A stretch of DNA of 64,000 bases from Paraspadella gotoi. Lineage: Eukaryota > Animalia > Chaetognatha. Location: positions 16,651,245 through 16,715,244 of the forward strand of contig CM119264.1 in the NCBI GenBank assembly GCA_051294375.1, in the 5' to 3' direction. Each line of letters begins with the position of its first letter. The stretch's first letter is position 1. Shown here one piece after another: positions 25,601-37,922 of the stretch. Made by a program: the position numbers and the translations under genes. A model generated the notes under the pieces. The model made no database searches and was not told the origin of the DNA. It worked only from the letters and a program-made list of their open reading frames with translations.

Positions 25601-26467
25601 GTAAGTATGAACTTTTATAGTTATATGTTTCTTATTTATGCAAATACGTATCCCAAAGTTAAATGGGTTCATTTAGCTTTGGGATACGGATTTGCATCAA
25701 TTTAATTAATTTAATTTATTTTAATTAATTTATTAATTAATTACTTAATTAATTTATTTTTATTTAATCGAAAATCTTATATTCCTATGACAGTTGCCAC
25801 CAACAAAAATATCTCTAATTTGGCGGTTTATCACCGCCAGCTATTTAGCAGCTAATTAAATCCGAAATAAAGCGTTATGCAAAACATGAATTAGATATAT
25901 CCGAAAGTTGCTCGCTATTTTTATAGATACGGGGCATGCTTGGTTTTGATCTAGCACATGCGAATCACATGCGTTTTTTCACTTCAGTTTCTAATTTCCT
26001 CATTTATTTCCAGTTTCAAAATTAATTTTGGTTCTGATTCAGATTACATGAAATGAATTACTTTTTCTATATCTATTCTAGCACTATTATTGATTTTAAA
26101 AATTGCTTTCAATCCTTTTCTGTTTCAATCAAAAATCTTGATTAGTAATAAAGAAATACCCTCGTTCCACCTTTTACCGGTAGATTGTCAGTCTGTTAAT
26201 TGCTAATCAATTTTTATTATTAATTTTACATAGAAATCGAAGAAGTTAGGTAAAAAAAATCTTCGTAATTAGAAATTAGTATTTTATTTTCGTGATAGGG
26301 ATCTATGTGACTATAAGGTCACCCTAATAACTAAGCCTGAGGTCAATTCAAGTGACCAGATTATTATCATTTATGATTAGCAAACTTTAAAACATTAAAA
26401 ATATTCGGAATTTAATTAGATATGTCGAGTTTACTTCATTCACCTTCTGCTTTCTTAACCCTTTCAG

Positions 26468-28172
26468 GTCCTTCCCCGAATTAGTGGACAATGTGTCTCC
26501 TGTTGGCGACACGGAAATGGATCTTGGCGGTGGACGTAAGCAACTCGTCAACCACGTTTCCTCATCTTCTGTCAAAGTCGATCTCGGGAGCCCCGACGGC
26601 GTCGTTGAGGCCGCCATCGCCGATCGAGCGGCGGTGGGGGGCGATGTCGACTCGGACGCCTTCTCCGAGGACGGCTCGCTGCTTGACGGAATTGGTACAC
26701 TGTCCAACTACGAGAACGAATATGAAAGCAGCGAAAGAGTCATAATAAACATCAGCGGACTACGGTTCGAAACTCAGCTCAAGACACTCCAACAGTTTCC
26801 CGAGTCGCTGCTCGGTGACCCGGCCAAGCGAGTTAAATGGTTTGATCCCCTGAGAAATGAGTACTTCTTCGACCGAAATCGCCGCTCCTTTGACGCCATT
26901 CTCTACTTCTACCAGTCTGGCGGCCGGCTCCGCCGCCCCGTCAATGTGCCCATTCATGTGTTCTGTCAGGAGATCGTTTTCTACGAGCTCGGGGAACACG
27001 TTCTCCAACGATACCAGGAGGATGAGGGAGTGCTTGTCGCAGAAGACCCCGTGTATCCTGGGAATGAGTGTCAGAAAAAGATTTGGCTTCTATTTGAACA
27101 TCCCGAAAGCAGTCAAGCGGCGCGTATCGTTGCCATATTCTCGGTGTCAGTCATCCTCCTGTCCATAGTAATTTTCTGCCTGGAGACTCTGCCACAGTTC
27201 AAGCACTACAAAGTTCAGAGTCAGGGCGGAAAGAACGTCACTGACGACGCCGCCCACGACATCATCATGGAGGACGACATTCCCGCCTTCGACGACGCGT
27301 TCTTCATCATAGAGACAGGATGCATCGTCTGGTTTTCCAGCGAACTCCTTATCCGCTTCGTCGCTTGCCCCCTAAAACTCGCTTTCTTCAAAAATGCCAT
27401 GAACTGCATCGACGTGATCGCCATCATGCCGTACTTCATTACTCTTGGCACGGTCATCGCCGACGAGAGCAAGCAGAGTAACCAAGCAATGAGCCTCGCC
27501 ATCCTCCGCGTCATCCGATTGGTTCGCGTCTTTAGGATTTTTAAATTGTCCCGCCATTCCAAAGGGTTGCAAATATTGGGTCAAACGCTCAAAGCCAGTA
27601 TGCGAGAACTGGGCCTGCTCATGTTCTTTCTCTTTATTGGCGTGATATTGTTCTCCAGCGCGGTCTATTTTGCCGAGCTGGATTTGGAGGACAACATGTT
27701 CCAGAGCATTCCCGCTTCTTTTTGGTGGGCCGTAGTAACCATGACCTCGGTCGGGTACGGTGACCTCTATCCTTTGGGAGTGTGGGGAAAAATGGTCGGA
27801 GGCTTGTGCGCTATCTGCGGAGTGCTCACCATCGCCCTGCCCGTGCCCGTAATCGTCTCCAATTTTAACTACTTCCGCCATCGCGAAGTGGACACGGAGG
27901 AGAACCAACAGGGATTCCGCAGCCTCACCACCTGCATAGAGATACCAAGCTCAGAGTCCAGCGAGAAGCCCTTCCCTTCCATCAGCAGCCGGTCTAGCTC
28001 CAACGTGATGGAGATGGTAGAAGGCATAACCAAGCACAAAGACAGCAGGGGAGACAACCACCTTTGCAACCATGACTTCTACCTAAACTCTACTCCCGTG
28101 TCCGACCGTCGTGAAAATGGACGGTCTACCGGCTATATAAAAAACGGCCACGGAGTGGAGACGGACGTTTGA
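26468..28172 (+). CDS. Sh: Shaker/Kv1 channel, copy 4 (single-exon body, TMTSVGYGD filter)
   Basis: Strong acceptor ttcttaaccctttcag|g at 26467 followed by SFPEL. T1, S1-S6, PVP, C-terminus VETDV. First in-frame ATG at 26517. Confidence 0.96.
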
Positions 28173-29548
28173 GTAATAATCGTGTCGTATTAAAGTGGCA
28201 TTCTTACGAAAGCGAAATAGACAAATAGACATGTTGCAGTTTGTTTTTATCTTTTTTGCATAATTCTATTAACGGGTTTTAACCTCTTACGAACTACACT
28301 TTTAATCACCGAGTGATACGACACTGGCAAAAATAGTCCTCTTTTTTTAAAAATCTTAGCCCTTATTTTTCTTCGAATGAAATGATTTAATAAGTTTTTT
28401 GCAAGGAACCGAAATCATTCTACCAAATCCACTCCGTGTTTCATGCAATAATGTTTATAATCATATTGAATTCTTGCGATCAATAACTCATCATTCCTTA
28501 AAACAAAAGCATAAATTATAAGATAAAAAGAAAAGGGTTTCCTATTATTTTTTTTTTAAAGTTTTTAGTTTTAGTTTTTTAGTTCTTTAGTTAATATAAA
28601 TCCCTAAAGCCTTGCCTTTTTGTTTGAATAAGTTTAGCTTTTACTATTTTGATAAGGCATATGGAAATCGTGTATTTTTTATTTACCCTTTGTACATCTG
28701 ATTTCAGAACAAGCAGAGTTATTTTCCTTTCTGGTCACCAAACAATTTGATGCTCTGAAGTTCTAAAGCAAAATCATACGGCTTCCCTAGAATGAAAAAC
28801 TGGTCAACACCATTGCTTTCATAAGTCATTTTGATACATGATACATTTTCGCCGAATGAGGGTTTGTCACGTTAGCCTAACTTAAAAAAAAAAGAAAAGA
28901 AAATATCAATGTGGTAGCCTCGGCTTGGTTGGTCCAGCGTCGTTTCGAACTTTACTTCAGCATGAAATCCTAAATGACTTGTGCTTTTGAATTGCGTTGC
29001 GAGTATTTGCGAAGCATCTCTTTACTTTGGGTAACTTTGATGTTTATCGGTCAGTCTGTCAAACTTTGTTTAAAATAACTATAATTTTGATAATGCTGGA
29101 TCATTTTAATTTAATTCATTAAACACTTTAAAACATTTGTTGTGCGTATGTTTTATACTGTTTTCAGTTGTCACATTATCACATAATCATAAGACAGCTA
29201 ATGTGCGTATGTTTCATACTGTAATCATGAACATATAAAAATACGTGCATGTGATAAAAAAGTAAACGTGTTGCAGCACATTGGAATTTCCGTTGATTAT
29301 TATTGTAGCTCTTGGAAAAGGCACTTGCTTTCAAGCTGATTAAATTTATAATTATATAATTTATTACTATTGGAAGTATATTAAAAAGAAATATTCCTTA
29401 AATCATTACAATTTTATCAAGAGTTCGATACAAGTCTTTCTCTCATTCTTCATTTCTTTGTCTTAAGCGCAAATATCTGATCCTATTCAAGTTACAAAAA
29501 TCTTTTTTTTCTTTGATGCGTCCGTGGGCCGACCGACAGACGTATATA

Positions 29549-30031
29549 TTAGGCCGGAACAGGTTGAAAACTAGAAGTTCTCTCAAATAAATAATGATAA
29601 AGTGACTGTTAGAGAATATGAAAATAAAAATAATTTTTAAAAATTATCTTATTAATAAGCGCACGGAAGCATTTAAAGATTATTTTATTACTATATAAAG
29701 TTAAAAATTTTTTTTGAATTTTTCAATTTTTTTTAATGGATTCTGATAGAGCTTTAAAAGTTAGATGAAGGTTATTAAAACAAAATTTTAAAATTTTTTT
29801 GTTTTATTGATAAAAATTTAAAAAAACTATAAAATTCAGCCAATGATGATGATGATTTTTTAACGTTTTTTCTGTTTTTAACCAATTTTTTGTCAAAATT
29901 TTTAAAAATTGTAGTACTAACTTTCATTTAACTTTTTAAGCTCTATAGGAATCCGTTCTTAAAAACTAATTTTTAAAAAAAAAATTTTTGTCATTTGTTA
30001 TATATTAATAAATATTTAAAAGCTTCAGTGC
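29549..30031. mobile_element. Non-autonomous DNA transposon/MITE (mariner-like TTAGGYCGGAAC end), family copy 1
   Basis: ttaggccggaacaggttgaaaactagaagttc...aaaattcagccaatgatga is repeated in reverse at ~43850-44209. Internal inverted repeat gcacggaagcatttaaa / tttaaaagcttcagtgc. Confidence 0.6.
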
Positions 30032-30175
30032 AACAACCCAATGAACTAATTCAAAAAGTTACATTGAAAATCGATTTAGTAATAGAAGGAAAAAAGGAAT
30101 TTTTTTGAGAGAATTAAAAGTTATAAAAAGTGTTCAATTTTGACCCGCCTTAGTATATATACATTATACTATATA

Positions 30176-30909
30176 CTGTGTCCGTTCACGAGTGACACCA
30201 AAAAAATATTTACTATACTTTAAATATTTGATAAATATAATTCATAAGTATATCATTAGTAGGGGAACTACTGGACGTTTTTTATGTATAAGTTTTATTT
30301 CGTGTTTAATTCATTTACTATTCTATGTTTAATTTTTTATCTAACACAGTAAAATTGCCAAAATAAAACATTTTATACGTGTTCTTGATTGCATTAAAGA
30401 AAAGTTTTACATCATAAGCAATCCCTTTTAATGTTCTAATCAATGGCGTATCTGAATTATAGTAATGTTTAAAAATTTTTGAGTAATGATTTTTTAAATT
30501 TTAAAATCTTAAGTTTTTTTTGTGCAATTCTTTCAATTAGAAAAAAATGCTGTCCTGGCCAAGTGGCCATGTTCTTGACTATCTTGAATAGTTATTTTAT
30601 ATCATAAAGATTCCCAGATAATTCTTCATTTAATTATGTAAATGAATTTCAATAATTTTAAGTAAGTAATAAGTAATTAATTTATAATCATTTTCTTTTT
30701 TTAAAGATTCAGTTTTTTACTGAAGATGAAATTGGATGATCATGAAAGAAAGGTTGTTTTGAATAAGTAAATATAAAATTAATTTTATGAAATTAAAATT
30801 TATTAAATGTCCAGTACTTTGCTATAGATTGAGAGAAAAAAAATTAAAAAATATTCATCCAATGAGAAATGGTACGCATTTTTTGGTGTCACTCGCATAC
30901 GGAAACGGG
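30176..30909. mobile_element. TIR-bounded non-autonomous element (MITE)
   Basis: Left ctgtgtccgttcacgagtgacaccaaaaaa versus right ttttttggtgtcactcgcatacggaaacggg; further inverted match ctactggac / gtccagtac; preceded by TA. Confidence 0.7.
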
Positions 30910-31332
30910 TTAGAAATCGTCTGATAAATCAAAGTTAAAATCGCGTTAGAAGTCAAGATAGAAAAAAAAAATTAAAAATGATCTTATTCTGACAAAATTT
31001 AGTACAGTAGCGTTGTAATAGGACCAGGCCAGGCTACCACAATACTATCTTTTTTTAATTAAAGGACTGAAGTTAAGTATAACTACGTTTGTTAGAACTG
31101 TTCGGAACAAAATATTGTAAAATGTACAACTAGGGTAACTATAAAATTCTGGATTGAAAAAAAGTTTTACTAAATTACAAGATTCAACTTTATATGGTCT
31201 TTTTAAATTTTATATATTCATTTAAAATTATATCTTCATTGTACTAAATTCGTTTCATACTATCGGTAATTTTAATCCAATCGATGTGGCTGAAACGGTG
31301 ACCACTGACCACCCTTCAAATACTTTATTAAT

Positions 31333-31880
31333 TGCGCCGCGAGTACTCGCGGAGCAACTATATAAATCACTTTTTGGTCCTCGATCGGTCGGTCTGTCGG
31401 TATGTCTGTTTACTTACGTTAAAAATAATATGGGGGAAAAAAGTTTTTAGTTATGTCATTTCATGTCATATCATGTGATCAAAGGCAAATACACGTGAAA
31501 ATAAAGTCACTGCTTCCCAACATATTGGAATTACCGTTCTTGTTAGTATTATTTTATAGTTAAGAAAAACTTTAATCAAGGCATTTTTAGTTACGCTGCG
31601 AGTACTTGCGGAGCAACTCTATAAGTTACTTTTCGGGCGGTCTTTCAGTCAGTATGTCTCTCTGTCTGTAAAAATGTTCATTTGTTAAGAAGGGAAAATC
31701 CTCAAATTTAAGAGACTGATAGCGACGGTATTCAGATGCAGTGTGTGTCATAAATACACAGGCTAAGAAACTTATTGTAATCATGTAGTCATATCATGTT
31801 ATGGAGTCAAATGGTCACAGGGAAATACACGTAAAAATAAAGTTACTGCGGGGCAACACATTTGATGAACCTATCTTGTT
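31333..31880 (+). mobile_element. Two tandem copies of a short dispersed repeat (Helentron/DINE-1-like); third copy ~28995-29300
   Basis: Each starts with palindrome-like gcgagtactYgcggagcaac, has a GTCY-like tract (gtcggtctgtcggtatgtctg), and ends atacacgtRaaaataaagt...caaca. Confidence 0.55.
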
Positions 31881-34438
31881 TTTAATTATGTTAGTTTTTT
31901 AAATCCTCTCTCCTGTATGTAAATCAGAAAAACTTATTTTCATACACATTTTATTTATGATAAAATACTGAAAATGAAGTTCATATAAAATTAAGGTGGA
32001 TACTGCTTACAATTAAAATTAATAACCCAAAATATTTTTTAAAAAAGTCTTTGTTATAAAATATTTCTTTTATTTTTAATAATTAATTTTATTTAAAAAC
32101 ATACATAATACCTGTGTTTTGAACAATTTTATTCCAATTATGAATGATTAAATCATAAATGAAAACAAGAGGAACTAGGGAAAAAGTATATTTGCTTCGT
32201 TTTTATCAAATTCGGTAAGGAAAGCAAAAAAAAAAATTATCACAATTTTTTTTTCACCTTGATAATCTGTTTCAAAAGATTTCATTGTAACGAATTTTGC
32301 TCAAGATTTTTTTACAAGTGAAAATAATTAGTCACATATCCAAAAAAATGTTTTATCCAGAATCCTATTTTTAAAGATATCAATGGGAAAAGCCTCCATT
32401 AGGTGAGAATATCAAAGTTAAAAGAAAAAGTTTTGAAACCAATGCAATATAAAAGTCATACAGACCCTCAAATAATAATCTAATCTAATCATAATTCTTA
32501 ACTTGTTATTATTATCAATTTTTTTTATGTAAGAATGCTTAATAATAAACATAAAAAACTTATTTGAAAAATAAAATGATGATCAAGATAAGAAAATCTC
32601 AATGAATATAATTCTGCATACTTTTTCCTAAATTAAACAAATTTAATTTAAATTAGAAATTAAAAAATCAGAAAAATTTTCTGAGATTAACTGTTTCAGA
32701 CTTTACTAATTTCAATATATTGCTTTACTAACTCATAACTTTGGAAATTATTAATTTAATAAAAGAAAAAGGTTAATAAAATTAGTTTTATGTATGGCTA
32801 TTAAATGAAACTAAAATGTCACTTACTACCTCTACCGTTACCACTACCTTTAATGCTACCTCTTTTCGCTGCAAGTAACAGTAATACTCAAACACTTTAG
32901 ATGAATTTTTTATGGTTTTATAATTTAAAAAAAAAACATTGATAGTTTTATGTTTATTTATTCATCCAGGGTAATTGAGAAGTGATTGTGGTGATATAAT
33001 TGAAATGGAAATAGTGTAGTAGTAATGGACATTGTAGTAACAATATAGCCAAATAAGAACTATATATTTTTTAAAATAAAGTGATACGTGCAAATTAGGA
33101 TATTCTTTTAAATATTATTTTTATATTTTGTAGTTTTACTGGTAATTTTTTCGAAAAAATATGGATGAGCTTAATAAGGTTATACTTTAGTCCTACATCA
33201 GGATTAGGTTCTTATAATAGAATATGCAATTAATAAAATTGCACTATTTTTTATACATTTTTAGGTTAAATGTGAGTACTTTATCAATCATGCTCTCAAA
33301 TATATGCAAACGTTTACTGATACGGCGTCTTATAATAACTGTGATAAAGTTTGTATTTATGACAATTTCTATGAAATAATTTTATGACATTTCAATTTCC
33401 CTCTAAGTCAAATTCTATGCACACAGTCTATTTTGTGCTCATAAGTTCTCACTAATACACTATTGTCTATCATTATATGAATAGAAATTTAAGAAACTAA
33501 AAAAAGTTTGTATTTCAAAAAATTATACATAAAAATCAAAACTGTATAATGATGGACAAATCACAAGTCCCAAAGTTTGCTTATTGTGCAGTTGAATTCA
33601 TACTATGTCATGTATGTTTTAACATGGATACTGAAAATGTATGAGAAATTTTTAATAATAAGTAAAAATTGAGAAGCAGTTAGTCAGTATGAGTATAATA
33701 TTTATTAAAAGCTGGTTATTTTTTCAATACAAAACCATGACTAAAAAAATCTTAAAAGCATATCACATTAAAAAAAATCTGGCCCCAGGACAAACTTTGA
33801 TTCAAATAGCAAATTTGATACCTTAGAAGTATAAAAGGATTATTTAATGACAGATGGACAAACACACACAAAAAAAACAAAACAAAAAATGAGATATAAT
33901 GATTTGTACGAAAGTAGTAAATTTAAAAAAATTTAAAAAAAAGAAATAAATAAAAAGGATAAAATAAAAAAAAATCTTAAAAAATTAATAATGATTTGCC
34001 ACTTATGAGAAAGAACGAATGAAATAATAAAACAAACTGGAGAACAAGAAAGGAAATGTGAGAAAACATAAAAGAGAAAATGAGAATAAAAAATTACGAT
34101 GCTGACGCCAATGTCCAAAAATATAGAAACTAAAAATGTGTTCAATTTTTTTTTTAAAAAGAGTTATTCATTGTAAAGAATAAATTGAAATCATTTCATA
34201 CCTTTTAAATTCCGTTTTTAAATTTAAGTTTAATATTAAAAGCCTTTTGATTTTTATCTCGCCAAACAGTTTATACTTTTAAATTTATTTATTTATGCAA
34301 TTTATTTCTATCAATTATTTCATTTTTATTAAATAAATTTAAATTTAATTCATTCATTTAATTAATTTCATTCATTCAATTAATTTTTTTCAATTCATTT
34401 CAGTAATTTGGTATTATCGTATTAATAATTTATTAAAG

Positions 34439-34647
34439 AGACAGTAATTATTATAATGTGTTAGTGACAGAACCGTTCAATATAAGCAGTTCCTGAGCTT
34501 TGGATTAGGCTGTAACACCGTGTTACAGGCGGGTTAAGCGCCCCTTCCCTCTTAACTGCTAGGCGACTACCGGGCGCCGGAGGCAAATGACTTGCCTGCA
34601 GCACCAATAGCCACTGATAAACGGTTGATGGATTTTAGTCCACCATA
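34439..34647 (+). mobile_element. ~210-bp dispersed repeat with subterminal inverted repeats and 3' stem-loop, copy 1
   Basis: Highly similar to 48502-48729. gaaccgttca...aacggttg inverted pair, hairpin ctgtaacaccgtgttacag, terminal hairpin tggattttagtcca. A 3' fragment also occurs at ~10735-10767. Confidence 0.7.
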
Positions 34648-34670
34648 TTATCATTATAATATTTATAATT

Positions 34671-34758
34671 GGTTATCATCGCCTCAATAACTGATTATCA
34701 TCGCATCAATAATTCATTATCATCGCATCAATAATTTGTTATCATCGCATCAATAATT
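34671..34758. repeat. 22-bp tandem repeat x4
   Basis: Unit nnttatcatcgcatcaataatt. Confidence 0.75.
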
Positions 34759-34915
34759 CAGTATTTTTACATCCATAATCAATTCCATCAAATCAATAAT
34801 TTGTTAACGCATCAATCATTCATTTTTTTCCCCAGATTTTATCTTTAATTTTTTTTGATAGTAACGTCTGGCGAGATAACTATACTTTAAAAATTTTTAT
34901 GAACACAATCCATAT

Positions 34916-36618
34916 TTAAATTTTTAGATAAATAGATTTTGCATCGCTAAAAGGTCCTAGCCTATTAAAAATATCTATAGCACGTACAGTAAAGTGATAA
35001 TTATGTCCGGGTAAAAATTGAGATAAAGTGCAAGCCATTGGTAATGGCATTGCCACGACATCTTCTCCTACTTTTTTCCACAAACTAGGTGAAGGTGGTA
35101 ATGAAGTTTCTTGGTAAGCAAATAGCTGATATCGAACTATTTTAGAATGGATCTTCGTGTTGAATTGAACGTTCCAAGAGAGCATGACTCCTTTTCCTTG
35201 TTGATGAGGTACCCTGTAAATTATGTCGCACAGTAAAAGGCTTTTTACATCCTTAACCTCACTCTATGGCAAGTATACTCACGTTTGAATAGTGAGATAG
35301 GGCTTAGGAGGGTGTTCTGGGGACAACGGAGTGATAGGCAAAGCCGCCGGATGCGTGTGGCAAACAGGCACTGGAGAAGCTAGTTGATAGTTAGTTGGCT
35401 GTAAGGTAGCGATTGATCTGGACGAAAACCTCGGCGAAGTTTGCACAACGCCATTCAAAATATGACGATAAGTTTCGTCTCCATGATTTGACTCGGAGTT
35501 TTCCACACAAAAGCGTTTGCATGTCGGAGAATCCTCTAAAGTCAAATCTACCAACTCCTGTCCGCTCCTTTTATAAGCATTTTTGGCTGAAGGCGAGAAG
35601 TTGTTCTTTGTTGGTAGCCTTCTGGCGGCAAAGAGGTTGTTGACCGCAAGTGCATTGAAGAGAGAACCACTTCCCAGATTAGTTTGACATCCAATGTGAC
35701 GGTTTCCACCCTCTTTGCTTGTGTTTTCTAGATTTGTCAGAGTTTTTTCCTGTTCACGATGACGGTTCCGCTGTGCCTCCGTATTTGTTTCCAGTTTTCG
35801 AAAGCGAACTTCCCAATTGTTTGCATTTAGCTCGTCCGCTAACAGATGCTGAAATCTGTCATGGACCCAATCAAGGATCTCAGATTTTGTCAGAGTTGCA
35901 CGGACGTCGACGATTTTACCTTCATTATTTGAGTATAGGGTGTCTCGGATGAATAACCCACGACGTTTATAATCCAAATAGTGAACAGATGCTGTTTCAG
36001 ATGGTTCCTCAGGTAAGTGAGACAGTTTCGAATTTAAAGGTGACGACTTTATTCTATAACTATCGTCGGTAGCGTTTATATCTGAAGATAATACGTCTTC
36101 ATTTTTATAATACTGGTCACATTTGTGAGCACACCCAGTTTTTTTATTGATGTGGTGTTTCACGGAAGAAGAAAATTCCGTTTGATACTTCATAGCAGAT
36201 GAATTATTCAACCGATTTATGATGTAAATTTGGCTGGAAGCATTCCTGAAGTCATCTTCTTTGTGCGAGTTATACTTTGAAAAACGTTTTAAGGGTAGAG
36301 TTTCACCAGCAATAACTTGTCGTAGGACGTCTTCTAAAAGGCTTCTTATAATGCTGATCGGGTCCGAGGGCTTAAGGAAAGTTAAAAATTGATATTTACA
36401 AATATAAATGTTCAAAATCAAAATTTATTTTAGTGACCCTTGGTTTACATTTAAAATTTTAATTAATTCTCTACGACCTAGTCGACGTAATTCAATAAGA
36501 GATGTATTTCTTTTTAAATATAAACTTTCAAATGTAAGATTTTGATCGTATAATTTGATAACTGACAATTTTCATAGGCAATCTACAGTACCTGTGTTTT
36601 AGCGTCAACGTCAGACAT
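34916..36618 (-). CDS. ATF7IP: ATF7IP/MCAF1/Windei-like SETDB1 cofactor, ~470 aa
   Basis: Exons 36618-36592 (MSDVDAKTQ, CAG|GTACTG), 36370-35283 and 35213-34916; phases 0 and 2 are consistent, total 1413 nt. C-terminal FN3 LSWN..YQLFAYQE..WKKVG..MPLPMACTLSQF..YHFTVRAIDIFNRLGPF, a central coiled coil, and SIM-like VDLTLED. The first exon is less certain. Confidence 0.85.
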
Positions 36619-37202
36619 TTTGATAATCATAAGTATAAAAAAAGTTGGGCGGAAAATTCGGGGATAATCCTGCCGATTTTTAGAAATTTTTGTTCAGTCC
36701 ATATACCATGTTATCAGAGCTTTGATAAATAACCTCATTAATTCTAAAGAAATTTATAATCTTGTAATTAATTTTCTATATGTTAATACATTATTAACTA
36801 TCTCCAAAGCCGAATTGTTTTGATTTGTTCTATGACTGGACGAATAATGAACAAGAGAACAAGAGAACTTACACCGACAGCGCCACTCCTCGATTCAGTA
36901 GTCATCTGTAAACGGCTGGAATAAAGAAGTCAAAACCTCGTCATTGGTCTGCGAAAAGTCAAGTTTTTCTATATCATTATGACTTTATGAACAAAATTTG
37001 CATGTTGAAAAAACTTTTAACCGTTTAATTTGTTTGGCGGGTCATCTAATTAGTTAAAAGTAAATAAAAAAGAACAAAACATTTTATAATAAAAATTTAT
37101 GCCAAAGAAAAAATTGATATCATATCCTACAGTAAACTCCAAATGTAAATTACTTGTGAATGGTTTGATCGATTGAGATAAAGAATTTAATGTGAAGTTT
37201 TC

Positions 37203-37248
37203 AAACAACATCTTTCGACACTTAAATTTCGAGCCTTCATCAGCGTTT
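37203..37248 (-). ncRNA. Degenerate minimal hammerhead motif within a Penelope-like pLTR relic (~37130-37470)
   Basis: Reverse strand reads aaacg-CTGATGA-a-ggctc..gtgtc-GAAAgatgtt. Flanking sequence (GA tract, aagtttccaaca..gaattgaga..ggtgaggacag) matches 47430-47560. Confidence 0.5.
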
Positions 37249-37572
37249 GTGATATTTGTGAAAAATTATTTTAAAAATGTGTTAAAGAGAGAGAGAGAGA
37301 GAGAGAGAGAGACCAAGTTTCCAACAAAGAATTGAGAGAGGACAGTGATTACTGGTGAGGACAGTTTTAGATAATACCTTTCGTTCATGCGACTGGGGCG
37401 AACTCAATTTTGAACTCTTTCCTAACCCTTACATTTCACTATTATCTTTAACTTATCTATACCTAAACTCTTCACATTCTGATTTCAATTTTTAATTTTA
37501 CAAATTTTAACATTTACGTTCAATTAATTTATTTCAAAATTTGTATTAGTCCATAATATTATAATTTTTTAG

Positions 37573-37922
37573 TCCACTTTATAATCCACTTTTCGGTCCG
37601 TCGGTCCGCCCCTCAATCTTGTCGGGCATTCACTTATATCATGTCAGAACATCGAATTATGATAAATTATGCAAAAAAATGTCTGTCCCTCCGTCCGTCT
37701 CCCCTTAGCAAAAAACTCCAATTACTCGTGATTGGATGGATTGGAATGAGTGGGTGGGAAAGGGTGTGATTGATCTGGATATGAAGTTTCGATGGAATCG
37801 TGTGTAACTGAGTTTAAATGGAAAAAACAAAAAAATTATTTTACTATTTGAACGCCAATTACGATGGAATCGTTTGAGTGCAAATGAGTTCAAATGGAAA
37901 AAACTAAAAACCTGTTTCACTA
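37573..37922 (+). mobile_element. Helentron/DINE-1-like non-autonomous element
   Basis: gtccgtcggtcc..tcttgtcgggcattcact..tcatgtcagaacatcgaattatgataaattatgc..(GTCY)n. The same sequence recurs at 38692-38822 (+) and inverted at ~40095-40746. Confidence 0.6.
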
